This document shows, one piece after another, positions 34,798-49,000 of a stretch of 64,000 bases of DNA. The DNA lies in NCBI GenBank assembly GCA_024346625.1, contig AP024664.1:3596001-3660000 (forward strand). The letters are read 5' to 3'. Both the position numbers and the translations under genes were made by a program. How positions within the stretch are numbered: position 1 is the stretch's first letter; the number at the start of each line of letters is the position of its first letter. Source of the stretch: Williopsis jadinii (Eukaryota). Under the pieces are notes generated by a model that saw only the letters and a list, made by a program, of their open reading frames with translations, was not told the origin of the DNA and searched no databases.

Positions 34798-36690
34798 ATG
34801 GCCAATCCAAGTAGTTTCCCACACCAAGGCCCTGAATGGCCACACGAGAAGAAAGCAACAGCTGCAGATACAACCACTGTCCAGAATGACGCAGAGCTGG
34901 GAAGTGATGATGTTGAAGAAAACAAGAACATCTTGTCACAGTACGACCAAGAACATGTTATGAATATGGGTCGTATGTTTGCAAAGGCCTATGATTTGGA
35001 TCCAGAGCTATTCGCAAGAGGTGCTGCAGTTGCTCAGAGACCAAAATCATTTGCAAAAATGGACATCTTATCAGAGGATGAGAAAGAAGCCCTCCAGAGA
35101 GAGATTGATCATCCTTGGGACATTCCAGCAAAGCTATGGCAAATTGTGCTCTCTGTATCCCTGTGTGCTGCAACACAAGGTGCTGATGAGACTGTCATCA
35201 ACGGTGCGAATCTATTCTATCCCGCATACATGGGTATAGACGATGATGATGAAAGATCCCGCTGGCTGCAAGGCCTGGTGAATGGATCTCCATATCTCTT
35301 CTGTGCTCTTGTTGGTTCGTTCATTACTGATCCTCTGAACAAGAGATTCGGTCGTAAGTGGGTGATCTTTTGGTCCTGTTTCTTCTCCTGTATTACATGT
35401 TTTTGGCAAGGTTTTGTTGACAGGCATTGGTTCCATCTGTTCATAGCTCGAGGCTGTCTGGGTGCCTTGGGTCTAGGACCTAAGTCTGCAACAGTTCCAG
35501 TTTACTCTTCAGAGGCGGCACCAGCAGCAATTCGTGGTGCACTGACAATGCTATGGCAGTTTTTCACGGCAATGGGGATTGCCTTAGGTTATGTCTTTTG
35601 TATAGCATTCTACTACGTTCCAGAACATAACATTGGTGGTGGTTTGAATTGGCGTTTGATGCTTGGCTCCGCCATGTTACCAGCGTTGCTGGCCCTGGCT
35701 CAGATCCCATTTTGTCCAGAATCGCCACGTTGGTTGATGGGTAAAGGTCGCTTCACTGAAGCATGGACATCACTTCGTTCCATCAGGAAGCACGATATCA
35801 CCGCAGCAAGAGACCTGTTTTACCAATATGTCCTGTTAAAAGAAGAAGAAGGAATGGATATGCCAGCCTCCCGACGCTTGAAGGAGTTGTTTACCGTCAG
35901 ACGAAACCGTAATGCAACCATTGCATCGTTCATTGTAACTTTCATGCAACAGTTCTGTGGTATCAACGTCATTGCTTATTACTCATCATCGATCTTTGTT
36001 GAAGCTGATTTCGCAGAAATAAACGCCCTTGGTGCATCCTTAGGGTTCGGTGTGTTAAATACAGTCTTTGCTCTTCCGGCCTTCTTTACTATCGATCGTT
36101 TTGGACGAAGATTCCTACTGCTGATGACATTCCCCTTGATGGGGGTGTTTCTATTCCTGGCAGGCTTTTCCTTCTGGATTCCAGAGGAGTCTCAAGATGG
36201 GAGGGTTGCCTCTATATGTTTGGGAATATACATTTTCACAATCTTCTACTCTTTTGGATCTGGTGTTGTGACGTTCCCGTATACAGCTGAATGTTTCCCA
36301 TTGTACATTCGTACACTTGGAACCTCTATCGCAATCGGAAATCTATGGTTCTGGAACTTCATTCTTGCCATTACATGGCCTTCCTTGTTAGATGCGTTCC
36401 AACCACAAGGTGCATTTGGGTGGTATGCTGCTTGGAACTTTGTAGGGTTTTTCTTGGTACTATGGTTCCTTCCAGAAACAAAGTCCCTCACACTTGAAGA
36501 GCTTGACGAAGTGTTTGATATCCCACTAATGGACCACGCACGGTACCAAACAAGGGAGATTGTGGATGTTTTCAAAGTGTATGTGATGAGAAGAAGCATT
36601 GTAAGACAACCCCCATTCTATGAAAAGCATAGACTGGCGGTCACAAACGACGCATGGAACGAGAAACCAGCACTTCAACATGTCGAATGA
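34798..36690 (+). CDS. MFS sugar-porter family transporter (polyol/myo-inositol type)
   Basis: QGADETVING, RFGRK, PESPRWL, MQQFCGINVIAYYS, IDRFGRR, PETKSLTLEELD. Confidence 0.92.
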   Translation: MANPSSFPHQGPEWPHEKKATAADTTTVQNDAELGSDDVEENKNILSQYDQEHVMNMGRMFAKAYDLDPELFARGAAVAQRPKSFAKMDILSEDEKEALQREIDHPWDIPAKLWQIVLSVSLCAATQGADETVINGANLFYPAYMGIDDDDERSRWLQGLVNGSPYLFCALVGSFITDPLNKRFGRKWVIFWSCFFSCITCFWQGFVDRHWFHLFIARGCLGALGLGPKSATVPVYSSEAAPAAIRGALTMLWQFFTAMGIALGYVFCIAFYYVPEHNIGGGLNWRLMLGSAMLPALLALAQIPFCPESPRWLMGKGRFTEAWTSLRSIRKHDITAARDLFYQYVLLKEEEGMDMPASRRLKELFTVRRNRNATIASFIVTFMQQFCGINVIAYYSSSIFVEADFAEINALGASLGFGVLNTVFALPAFFTIDRFGRRFLLLMTFPLMGVFLFLAGFSFWIPEESQDGRVASICLGIYIFTIFYSFGSGVVTFPYTAECFPLYIRTLGTSIAIGNLWFWNFILAITWPSLLDAFQPQGAFGWYAAWNFVGFFLVLWFLPETKSLTLEELDEVFDIPLMDHARYQTREIVDVFKVYVMRRSIVRQPPFYEKHRLAVTNDAWNEKPALQHVE

Positions 36691-36699
36691 ATTGTACAT

Positions 36700-39600
36700 T
36701 ACACGAGCTAGTTGAAAGTCTACTGCTATCGATCACATAATGAGAAGCGGACTTTCTCCGTTCTTCCTCTTTGACTTTCCAAGACAGCTATTGATTGTTG
36801 CTGGTTTCAATAATGAGCTGTTTTTCGGTGGCTCTTCTGTAATTTATACTGGCAATGAGTTGTTCTATTGCTGTCGACAACTAAGATAATTGCTCGCACT
36901 TTTCTAAAAGTGTGCCATTTGTTGTAGTTATATGGCGTTGTCATTTCCCAGATTGATAATAAAAGTTGTGTCATTGAGCACTGGATGTGAAAGATGGAAG
37001 GGCGTCGTTCCCAGCACTCATACGACGCAATTGTACCATATTGTTAGTAAAACCATGGGCACATCTTCAAGCTTGTAGGCCAATTTCAAAACTCGATTCA
37101 ATCTGTAGTGAAATCAAGGTTGACCAACAGAATAAACTTCAGTTTTTGCTTATGGTCATAACATGGGATTTGCAGTGGGTCGATAACGCCTGGTACTAGG
37201 TACTTTTTTGCTGTTAACTTCTAAGAAAAAACACGCTATCTAATTAACACACAATAGAAGTTGTGTCTATGGATAAAGTCTCGCCCATAAAGTGATGATT
37301 CAATTGGTCGGAAAGCCTTGAAAAGCTGAGGTTATGCAGGCCATAGAGACCCAGATGAAATTTGACGTGCACTGAATGTGAAGCCAGAACTTCGAAAGTT
37401 GATACACCGGCCATAGTGTGATGACGGACGCATATTTGTAATTAAAGTTTGCGTTAATGTATGTACATACATCGAATAACAATACAACACATATGTGTAT
37501 CGAACTTTGAAAGAACAATTCATGTTGTTAATGTAGGCCAGTATGACGACAACTTGACAACAGGCCGCAGTTCGTATGGTGGGCAGCTGTGCACATGTTC
37601 TTTCTGCGCCCTGTGAAGTTTTTCAATAGTTGCTATTATTATTCAACTTGAAATACTTCACCTGATGCTGTCGGTTTGCCCATGCCACATACTACAGTGG
37701 TCAGGGCGGAGATCAGACCGTTTTAGGGAAAAGTTAGAGTAAGGGCTAACCAGCAATAGAGATTGACAAGCTGGCTGTAAAAATCGAGATCGCGGGCGCG
37801 CACGCACGCAAAAAATTGTAGAGCGTTTGCGAGACTTTGGGACTATACCATCGTAGCTGTCCAAAGAACGTGGTACCATCAGCCGCGCATTCCCTAGTCC
37901 CATGATTAAAATTATGCGCATTGCAGTGCGCTTTGCGCCCGGCAATTATGCCCAGTCTTTGCAGGTGCTATCCGGGTGTTTTAACATTCTTTGCTGTACT
38001 AAATGCATGAATGTGCAGCGATCTCTAAAGCAACGGGGAAAAGTTGGAAAAAACAACCATTCACCCTAAGGTTTTGATTTTGACTGCCTGCTAAGGTGAA
38101 ACCAATAAAACACTTATGAACTGTCACTTCTAGTTTGATAAATTGTGATAGTTGGTAGCACATGGTGAGAAATTTATATAAGCGATCAAGTACAGGCACA
38201 TTGTGCTGGGGCATATGGACCCTCAGATAGTATTTATGGTACTTTCAATCTCCCAAAGCCTAACACCCTGACACGTCAACCCTTTGGGTGGTTTGGACAC
38301 GTACGTTCAAAACGGTTCAAGACAATAAAACACTTTCCACACATTTTTTAGCCCCAATAACTTTGACACTTTTTTGCTTGCAGTTCTGGTGTTTTGATAG
38401 AACAGTGTTCATTTATCACGAGATTTTGGTGGTCGATCGTGGATATTTTGATAGTAATTTCTGTATTTAATTCCTAGAGTTGAAATGGTGATTTTAATTG
38501 AACTCTCAATTTATGATAGATTAATCATATTAGCCTAAATGTTCATATTTATAAATGGAGAGTTGTCGGATGAGTTATTTTTACTTTATAACGATATTTA
38601 TACCCCTTTTTTAAGAAACCCCTTGAGTTCGTCTAGCGTGATTATACAGATGTTACTCAGTAAATTAATGAAATTAACGGATTTCCCTACAAATAGACAT
38701 TTATACAATGGAAATTATAAGGGGATTAATATGACAATCAGTTGGAATATGACCCGAATGACCTTGAATTTCCAGCAAGTACTCCAGTACGTTCAGTTTC
38801 ACCGACGGCAGTGACACTGTTTATCGACAGTCAAGCTGGTTTGGGGAGTTATTAGAGACTTATCTTATTGCAGTATAGGTCTCAATCGTTTGCACCTACT
38901 CTCTAACAGCCGACATGACCAACTTCGTTAATTTGGAAAACGAAATATGCCATTAAGACTAAGCTGAAGTTATACAGCGCACCAATGATTGGATGCTGTT
39001 TGAGACCAAGTTTTAGCCTTACACTGAGCAAATACTTAACTTACGCGACATGATCGATATTGCGAATTACCTGGTCATGGTGAAGTAGTTGGGGACCAAA
39101 ATGGTATGTTTGATTCGCGGAGCAATAGCCGTAGTGAACCGATGATCTGCAAGGACTCAAGTTAGCAGGTGATCTACCTGGACACTTGGTCAGGAAAGAA
39201 GAGGATCAAGCCCCATAAATAGCGGTTAGAAATAGGAGATAGCTGGTGAATTTCATTTTAGGGGAATGGAGCACATTGTATACCAATGTAATTCACAATT
39301 AATAGGGGATCATAACCGGGCAAGCTAAATAGCCAATTAAACTGATCGATAGTGGGAACGGAATTGATAGTCTTGGAAAAAATTCGGCCTATGGCTAGGT
39401 ATAAGATATCGTAACGTCCACCGTGAAAGTGTCACCTTGCAAATTTCCAAGTCTCAACGACGACAGTTGTTTTAAGATCGTGGACGACGTTGTACTCACG
39501 CATACTGCATACGACTAGTTGCTGAAAAATTACACAGATGCCTTCGATGTACGATTTGCGACGTATAATCTGCATGTGCAACTTTTTCGAATTTAATTGC

Positions 39601-42600
39601 ACGCAATGTTTATGACTTTTATGACTTTAACTTTCCTGAAACTGCACTCTCAGCTTTTAACCCTTTGGATACTGTCAATTACTGGTGCTGATTTCATTAC
39701 TGAGAATTTGACAGATGCTGTAAGCCCGAGTATGTAAGAAGTTGTCATTTATATCTCTTAGGAGCAGCAATTATAGCGAGTTGCATCGTGCAATACCCTA
39801 GTCTTGGGTAAGTTATAACAAACCCCTACTTCCTGATTGTGTACACAGTACAACCTAAGACTTGATCTTCATAGCAATGTAACGAGCATTGCGACATTCG
39901 GGGGGGGGGTTTGTAAGGTTAAGAATTTGAGGCTAGAAAGCTCTGGTGGTGCAGCACAGAAGACTCTAAACCTTGCATTGTCGAAAGGTTTAAGTCACTG
40001 CTGTTAAGGCTGTGGTACACAGTCAACAGTATGACAATGCAGGTTAAACCGATACTGATAATGATCTTTAGGTTATTCTCAATTCAACCATGTTCTTTCG
40101 ATAATTCCTTTAGTATCACGGGGTCATATCAGGACTCTTTTCAGAGATGTAATAGATGGTGACTCAGTGCTTACCTCTCGAATTTTCCATAAATGACATT
40201 CAAAGTCATTTCCATGCCTGTTGTTACAGACCATCTAAACATGCGTGAAACGTAAGCTCAAAAGATGCGTTCATATACACATATAGATACATAAGGTAAC
40301 ATATTTGGTGCAATGTAAAGACGAATCCATAATGCTGATATCCACCAAGTTAGTGAGCTAGCACAATCAATTTTTCGATACAATGGAACAATCCCTACAA
40401 TGATGAAGAATATCTGGAAAACCCTGATACACCAAAACAGGAGAGTCAATTGAGGTATCTTGTATAACGCTCAACCATAGCGTATGACTGAGCTGTCGCT
40501 ACTGTTTCAACTATTGTAAAGCCCTAGTTGACCAGAGTACACTGCCACATAATGCGCCCAAAGTGAATCACTGTATTGGTACCGTATCTCTGAACAGCAT
40601 CTCAAAAGCAAGTTGCTATTAGGTAGATGGGTACTTTGGTCGATATATGTCGCACATTATGGTTGGGATTAGGAATTTTGATAGATCCCCGAGTGTTAAT
40701 CAGCAGGTCTACTGTATAAACACAGCTTTCTAGTGATGAATGACGAACACTGATATGATTGGCAGTCTTTTTAGGCTTGAAACAGGCACCTTTAAACGTC
40801 CTGACCCTTTTAGGATGCGACAACGGAATTTCCTCAACGTCGACGTATTTTTTCCACTATCAAGGTGAACATTATTGTCGATCAAACAGTAATAATATGG
40901 ACATCATTGCCGATCTGCTGATCATCGCCGAATCATTTGCGAAAAAACCACACATTCAAAGTTGCTTTCTCAAGAAGACAAGTCATGAGCCCCTATAAAA
41001 ATCACAACTTTCGGGAATTAAGAAATCCGATATCGTATACCAGTTCCATCAAAGGAAACATAGAAGAAACTTACTTGAGCAAACGAAACGCAGATTGCGT
41101 ATCATAATACTTTTGCGTCGGAAAATTAACCATCCAACAAACCATAACCTGGAGTAGAAGTACTTCTTCCAATGAAGTTTATACCAATCATTGTTCAAAT
41201 TAGATCCAGATTTGATTGGTATTTTTTGACTGAACTCTTGATCTACAATAGTACTTCCAGGGTTCCTGAGTTGTTTACCTGTGATTATGTGTCTTCATTT
41301 CTTTAGTCCGAGATCGCTCATCTTTAATATTGAAGAATTAACCTAATAAAATAGTAATGAACCAACAATATTACCAGCCATACAGTCAACACCCGAAATG
41401 CCAACTTACTATCCTCCAAAATTTGAACACTAGACATCTTGAATAGAATCAAATGTTCGAACAAATCATAATGGAACAAAAAGCCTAACCTTGTCGTACA
41501 TCTTGAAGTTTTCGAATTGTAAAAATGCACATGTGGAAGTGAGGCTAAAGAAGTAAAGCCGGTGGTGCTCCCCTTAGAGGTTGCCATGTGGCTTTTGTAT
41601 GTTGTTTGGCATTGCCATGCGTTAGGGAATTTCATTGATAAACCATCGATAAAGCCCAGGGATTTTTTTATTTGCAGTATTACGAAAATGTGACTTTACC
41701 CTGTAGTCGACAAGCAAAATCCAAGGCATCGACCACCACAGTTCCAGTCATAGTTTACCTTATACACTTTGAGGTTATAATATCTTTTCTCTTTACGCTT
41801 TTAGAATAGGAATTCTGACCTTAGTTTCCAGTACAGTTAAATGTTTCCACAACAGCTGTTAGATTGCAAGAGTCAATGATATGTATGGATAAGCACACTC
41901 CACATCATCCAGCTGTGTTCAAATTGTTCTCTGATCTATACCTATCAAACTGGTGCTCTTGTTTATGATGTATAAATCACATGGTACCACAGCCATGTCG
42001 ACTGAAATTGTTACTAAAACGCGAATAACCTACAAAAAAGCTATCCTGGTTCTAGAGGAGCCATAGAGCCATCAGTACATGATTATTCCTGTAAGGGATA
42101 TCTTTTGACTGCATGGAGGTTAAGATATTCCATAACACCTTTGAACTTCCAACTGAGCAGCACGGAATGTTACAGACCTACTTGTAAGTAGTTTAAATTC
42201 GAGGCTCAGCACTGTTGAGATCGACACGCCACTGGTAAATTGGTGATCAGCGCACGACCTCGTCCTCGTGCAATTCATGTTGAGACGCAGTAAAAGTAAT
42301 TCGGACTGCAGGAGCTGAAAATATGCCAATGTGGCGCCTAGTCGAGTCCTCTTTATATATGTTGGGGACTAGGACTGAGGGGACAGCACATAACTTAGAG
42401 CTTCAATCGACAAGCTAGTACAGAATTTACAGTTATATCCACGACCACGTTACATGTACATCATAAAAACTTCTCTACAGTAACGGTGTATGCAAGTGCA
42501 ACAAAGAAAAGCTGGCTGTATTATTCCTCATATATCGTCACATCGGCATGTAGAAATTTGGAATTACATGTGTATTGTTTGTAAAGGTGGAATTGATAAC

Positions 42601-45600
42601 TGGGCATATTGCACGAGCAAGCAGACAATTGAGAGGAGTGGTCTTCCGTGCTGATGATTAATTCTCGACACTTTTGTATTGATTAGTATCCATAGATTTA
42701 CCAAAGCAAATTGTACTTTAACCTGAGCACGTTGTCATGATCGACACTAGCATTCACCGATAATCAGAAGCATTTATAGGCATTAGTGTGAATCCTGGAT
42801 AATCCACAGCGAGAAGCACAGTTGATGACAAGCAACAACGTTATTTAAATTTAGCTGGCATCGACCGCGAAAGGGTTATTTGTGGGTGGCTGATACTCAA
42901 GGACGTTTAGGGGATCAAACAGCCAAAGACTTTATACATGGCCAATTAAAAACAAAAAGAGAAGGGTTGCGTGTAACGTCATACATTGTACCGCTAAGGA
43001 TGTCCAGCTATATAGCCTACAACTTCTATTTGTCTCTAAGTTAAATTCAACTGTTAACATAAGTCCACCAAAGTTAGTTGTTATCTTCTGCTTTTCCTAG
43101 TCAATGAAAACGACGATATATGAAAAGATAACTGTTGAGCATCGGCGATATCCTTGATTTGAGTTTTGATCAACTATTGACGATTATCGGTCCAATGTCA
43201 CAATAAATCAGTACATTTTCCAGGGTCAAAGCAGCTAGCAGTTAGTCTGGGATTAATAATTCTACACACAATGGACTCTAACACTAACTGAGTACGAACC
43301 ACTGTCATTCATTGATCAACCATCACTTGATCTAGGGTGGGGGGCTGTGCGACAAGTTCCATTAAAAATATCCACCAATAGATATCCCGATTGGTTAAAT
43401 GTTTCTCGATGTTGCCCCAAAATACCAGACCTTCCCGCGAGATCTGGCCCGATGCGCCCCAGTCCCCCCAGCCTCGGCTCCCTTTTGTTGCTCAGTCCAT
43501 TGAGTTCATATATATAGTGGACAGCGCATTCTGGCTATCGCTGTACTCCCAATAGTTACCTTCAAATCCAATCAGTTTGCCAATTAACTCTATAGTCTGG
43601 TACTATCAGTTCGTTCTGGATAAACCGGTTGGCCAAATAGAATTGACACTTTCCAGTGTTGATTTACCGGTAACTGGCTAATATATAGATATCGCAGCTA
43701 CACCTTGCTCCCAACTACCGAGATAAACTTTAGCTAGTCTTTCAATGCCGGATGAAGCAAGACTAGGATTACATTGTGCGCGCGACATCATAGACTAGGT
43801 TAAAATCGCCCTATATATAACGCCTGGGACTGAGTGGCCTAACCCTGGTAGATCGCCTTGTTAGTGATTGGCGCAACAAAGTTCGGAATGATAGCTAGCT
43901 ATATACTTATCCTAATATGACGACCTATACCTACACACAAACACTTAGAGGTCCTGTCGAATATCAGAAGATTGCAAGTAGATGTGTATGATAAAGTTTT
44001 GTATTTAGGGTTTGTAGAACACAAGCAGATCAATTGTAGTGATCAAACAAAGATGACCACCAGATACACAACTTAACATATTGTACGGAGTCACAGGAAG
44101 ACGAAGAAGAAATACACTCTGTGCGTTCAAAAGTTGCATGAGAACCTGTTCAATCGTTTACTTCATATCAAAGGCATAAAAGCAAGAGCCTACAACTATT
44201 TAGCCGTCGTTAGTTTTTTCAATGATCAATTGTTACATCGATCATAGTGGGAGGTCGGGGAGGCTAAGAGAACCCGCTGTACCTGTTTCATGACATATGA
44301 GGTATTTCATGATTGAACGCAGACAGTATGCGCTAGGTAGAGATAGTGTTGGATTCAAGGATTGCACATACTCGTTTCTGGTTACTTGAAACGAAGCACC
44401 TGAAAGCAGGTGTGGCGTATTAATCAATACGCACTTGATTGCATTCATTAACGTCTGTAAACGGTACCACCTAAGTCATGGCCCTTTTTATTGGTATGTT
44501 GCAGATTCCGCAGTAAGCCACCAGTTATAAACTGCAAAGGGGAGGGAAAACATGGCTTTTGTATGCATCGAAGCTAATAATTCAGGCCTCAAATGTGTGC
44601 TTTGCACTTAACACATGGGTGTCTCTACACCATATGGTGCCACGTATATATCAAGCAACTCGTGTCCCAACAATCAAAGTGCATGCACGTGAGTGTAAGC
44701 ACTAGAGCTTATAAATTGTAAGGCTATGGCCGTATTGTTATTGTACTGTGACTTGTTACTGGATGAACTGAATTGATGAACAACGTGTATTTCAAATTTC
44801 AACTCTGGTGACCATAAGGTGGCCAGAAGCAATGACAAAATAGTCTTGAATGCAGCTACGTGTGCTCAACTTTGCAATTATGAAATTACCCCAGTTGATA
44901 GCGCATTACATGAATTGTCTTCACGCGAGTTCAGAAAGATACCACAGGCCAAATCATTTATCTACAAGCTTTACCTTGGTGAGTTTTAGCTTCAATATCG
45001 TTTACTCGTTAAAAGTTGACCCACTGTTAATCAACTGTTCTTCAATAATTGAGTAACTTTATTGTGGGTGTGGGGAGAAATGAGGTGCTTGATAAAGACC
45101 ATTTTACTGTAAATAACCTGACACGTCGTGTTATTCTCGTACTGATGATCTTAAAACTCTGTAAATGGGGACCTAGATTCTTGTAGTGTTCAGTCCACGG
45201 CACTAGAATCAAATATTCACCATAACCAAATTAGCTTTGGTTAATCTTGGTGCTTACTGACTCAAGACGTCAGGTACCTGAAGGTTCAAAGTAGTTCATG
45301 CCTGTCTTCCAGAGTGGTCTGATGCTAAAGTATCATTTCAGCATGTAGTTCCACGAAACTGATCAGAATTAGGCATTATGAAACATCGCTATGAATGTTC
45401 ACTAACTTGAAGTCCCAACTCAAGGAATGTAGATTTGTTTCTTTGCCAATAACCAGGCTCAAGTTAACATGCACGACTGCTTATCGAACACCCAGTTAAT
45501 TTTTCATGTATGAAGATTTGGCTTTCATAGCCACCTCACAGCTCGATCGGTATGTGGTGTTATCATTTGAAACTTGGAACCAAGTTGTTGGTGGTGCAAT

Positions 45601-48600
45601 TTTAAAATTTTGAAAAGCACCGCATGGCGTGTCTGCGTTTTCGATATCGTGGTTAATTTCCAGATATTTCATGAAGAGATCCCCTCTGACGTTGGAGTCA
45701 TGTTCATTTTTAGTACTATTTCAGTAAAATAGAGTCCTTTTGGATGTTATACATTGCAATTCAACTCATACGAAATCATTCTAGATGCGTTTGTATGAGC
45801 AATCAAAAACGGTACTTTCCTCAGCTTCTCATAAGTTACTGATTATCAATGACGTAGCATTGAACCGCATCATGAGCTTGGACTTGAAACGGGCGTTATT
45901 CTTTTATTGAAAAACGCCGCAAATAGCTGGTGGGGAGCTCCCTTTTAAAGGTAACTTAGTTCTCAATGTAGTATCAATAAGAAAGTTAATTAAAAAGACT
46001 TTGACGTATGCAGGTCCTAGGTGTGGTATATCAGTGTTAGTATTACGACGTATTGGAAATATAACCTCCAGTACATGACAGAATAAGTTGGCAGCCGAAG
46101 GAGCTGCCGTTAAGTTAAAAACTTGCGCTTGAGTTCCAATTAAGTCTAAGTCCGGGGTGATAGTGAGCCTGAGTCCAAAAAAAAAGACTAAGATTGAATG
46201 CAAAACGTTACAGCTCAGTTGTATAAAATTACGAAACACAAGCAGATACTCAATTGCTGCTTTTTTTTCTCTATCCAATGAGTCCATGATTGAGGATTCA
46301 TAATATTGAAGAACTAATATCAATTACAAAGACAACCCCTCGGCTGAAATGAACCAGAGACTAAATGACCATCTTACTTCACATAATATGTGAAACGGTA
46401 TGCTCACAACCCCAAGACAACTTGAAAACACGAGCGTTTAAGATATCCTCTTGGTAAACTTGGACAGCAGTACATTACTGTACTATTAGTATCGCCAGGA
46501 CGATATTGATCACTGTGGGTAATACTTGGTGCTTAGGGCGTATCGTGTTGCTTTTGTTTCTGTAAGTCTTGCTATTAGGGCAGGACAGGACCAAAAAGTT
46601 AGATCACTTCAGAAGTTGCAGCACTTGAAGCAATGGTGTCATAGGAACAGTCGTAGTTTATAAATGGTCATAGATTAAAACTAGGGACTTGATTCTCATT
46701 GAAGAAATAGTATTAGTCAATTTTAGACCCCACTGATCGATTAACTTTTGTACTGATATCATTTTGATCCAGTCGTCTATCTCATAGAGCGAGACGAAGA
46801 AAGCATGAAATTAGGACTTGGTCCATAAGTGTACCTGCAAAGACACTATTTCTATAAGTCATGGTAGCTCTTCAGTCACAGACATAGTTAAACAGTGCAA
46901 CACTCAATGAAGTTTTATCTTGTTGATATCTTTAATTAGTGGAGTGTTACAGTCTTCTCCTTTGGGGGAAATAGCCACTGATTTCAAACGTACATGGCAA
47001 AAGGTGATCCAGGAGCTTTGGGAACTCACTAACTGCTAAAAACGCCTTTCCAACACCAACGATTCGGTTAAGCACAATGAACCATAGTTTCCAGAGTCCT
47101 GAGTCATGGCTAACTTTTGCCTGCTTCACCAAGTTAATTGATTTATGGTACAGTTTCGGATTTCAGCAATCGACAGACTAGTATGAGGGGTGAGATCAGG
47201 ATTCTGAGGCGTAATACTCCAGTTCTGGTCTTAAAACTGAGACAGCCTGGCATCGGAGCCCTAAGTTTTTTAAGCAACCACAATGTAGAAAATATAGCAG
47301 TGTTTAGTTGCACCCTAAAATGTGGACAAGCACCTTGAATAGATAAAGTCAGTAAGTTCTAGGCTACCAGAATCAAACAAGAAAATTAAACTTTCAGGTG
47401 TCGACCCTTCATGTTTAAACACCGAAAAGTGCTATCAGTGTAAGTTGCTCTACTAAAGAAGGATACACTGATGACCTCAGAACAGCGCGACCTATACAAA
47501 AATTTCACACCCGCGCCTGGGGCAGGCGTATATAAGCCCGTAGACTTTACTTCGACAACACACACATATATGTCTTGGTATCTCCAATCATTGGGGAGAA
47601 CGAAAGGGATATATATGCCTGGTGTCTTTTACACCAATCCCTTTCACACCCAGGTAAACGTTGTACAGATTTTTACACCCTTTTTTTAGCTTTACTTTGT
47701 CGTCATCCACCACGTAAACTAATCAATGCGACACCCCTTTGTAGATCAAAAACTGTATCACAAATAGCTTCATACCCGCAATACACAGATCCAAGGGTCA
47801 ACCCTTGAAAGATACGATGATACTAGTCTAGATTGATCCAAGTTCCTGTAAAAGCCGACTGTAGAGAGCCACAAGACGCGGTTATAACACTGCCACTGTA
47901 GCACTCAATAGCAATTGTGACTGTTCAAGCTAGTCAGACCTCCGATTACTGAGATCCTGGTACACACTATCTTGTTCCTAACGTTACTGACACCCAAGGG
48001 CCGGGTTGCTGACCAATTGTGTTTGAAACTTCCCCGGTACTGAAGTTCTAGGACTACTCTACAAGTCGATTCGTAATTCCACTATACAAGGGCACTGGGA
48101 TCTACCCAGTAGTGTGACGATCCCCATACCATACTGGCGGCTTAGGACATGAGCCATATGATTTAGGTCCGGAGATCGGGACTAGTACCTAGCTACCAAT
48201 GTGCATACCGAGACTTTTAGCAATAACGCTCTCAATTTAAGTTAACTTTTCCTGAAGTATGAAGAATGCAATGTCTCACATGCATAAATGCACATACAGT
48301 ACACCGCGAAGCTGGGCTTACAAATTTATGCCTACAACACGACACTTGATCAAAGCTTCATGCATATGTGGTAGAGCCACAGCGTCTGGCCCCTATACCG
48401 AAGAGTACCTGAAAAAAAAAGTCTGAAATGTGGACGTTGTAGGGCTTTTTTCCCTCGTCTGGTGCCCTAATTGATATATAACCTTTCGACTTCCCACCCT
48501 TGAAAAGTTTTCTCCCTCTTTTATTCGGATCCATCATCAACTTTTTTTATATCAAGTATATATATTCATCCCTCACTATCAATTGATACGTGTGTTCACC

Positions 48601-48900
48601 ATCCATTGAGTGTTGTGTTCGTTGGGTCTCTTGTTGCACTTCTACACCACCCTTTTTGTTCTCTTTTCAACTACATTCTCTTTCATTACCAACCAGCTTG
48701 TATAGGCACAACAACATTCACACACTTATACTATAAGCACTGGAGAGGTTTGGGTATTTTCCGTTTAGAATTTCAAATTGTCGTATTCTAGTCCCATTCC
48801 CTTTATCTTTCTTTAGAGTCCTGATATTCACTTATTAGGTCTCATACACTCATTGTGATCTTTGAAAATATACAAAATTACCACACACACATACAAACCA
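36700..48900. other. ~12-kb gene-free region; candidate centromere or decayed-gene region
   Basis: No ORF longer than 140 aa and none recognisable; AT-rich core around 38400-38780. Confidence 0.4.
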
Positions 48901-49000
48901 CAGTCATCGGAAGCATCCATTTTGCTGCAGGATCTCTCTTTCATCCCATTACATTCACATCTACATTTGCTTTCCTTACTCATTACCATAATCAACATCA

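Noticed and set aside
38380..38780. Point centromere (CDEI-CDEII-CDEIII) in the AT-rich core
   Set aside because: No RTCACRTG followed by a ~80-160-bp AT tract and a TCCGAA at the proper spacing.
45904..46323. 139-aa ORF in the gene desert
   Set aside because: No recognisable motif and a non-ATG first codon; probably spurious.
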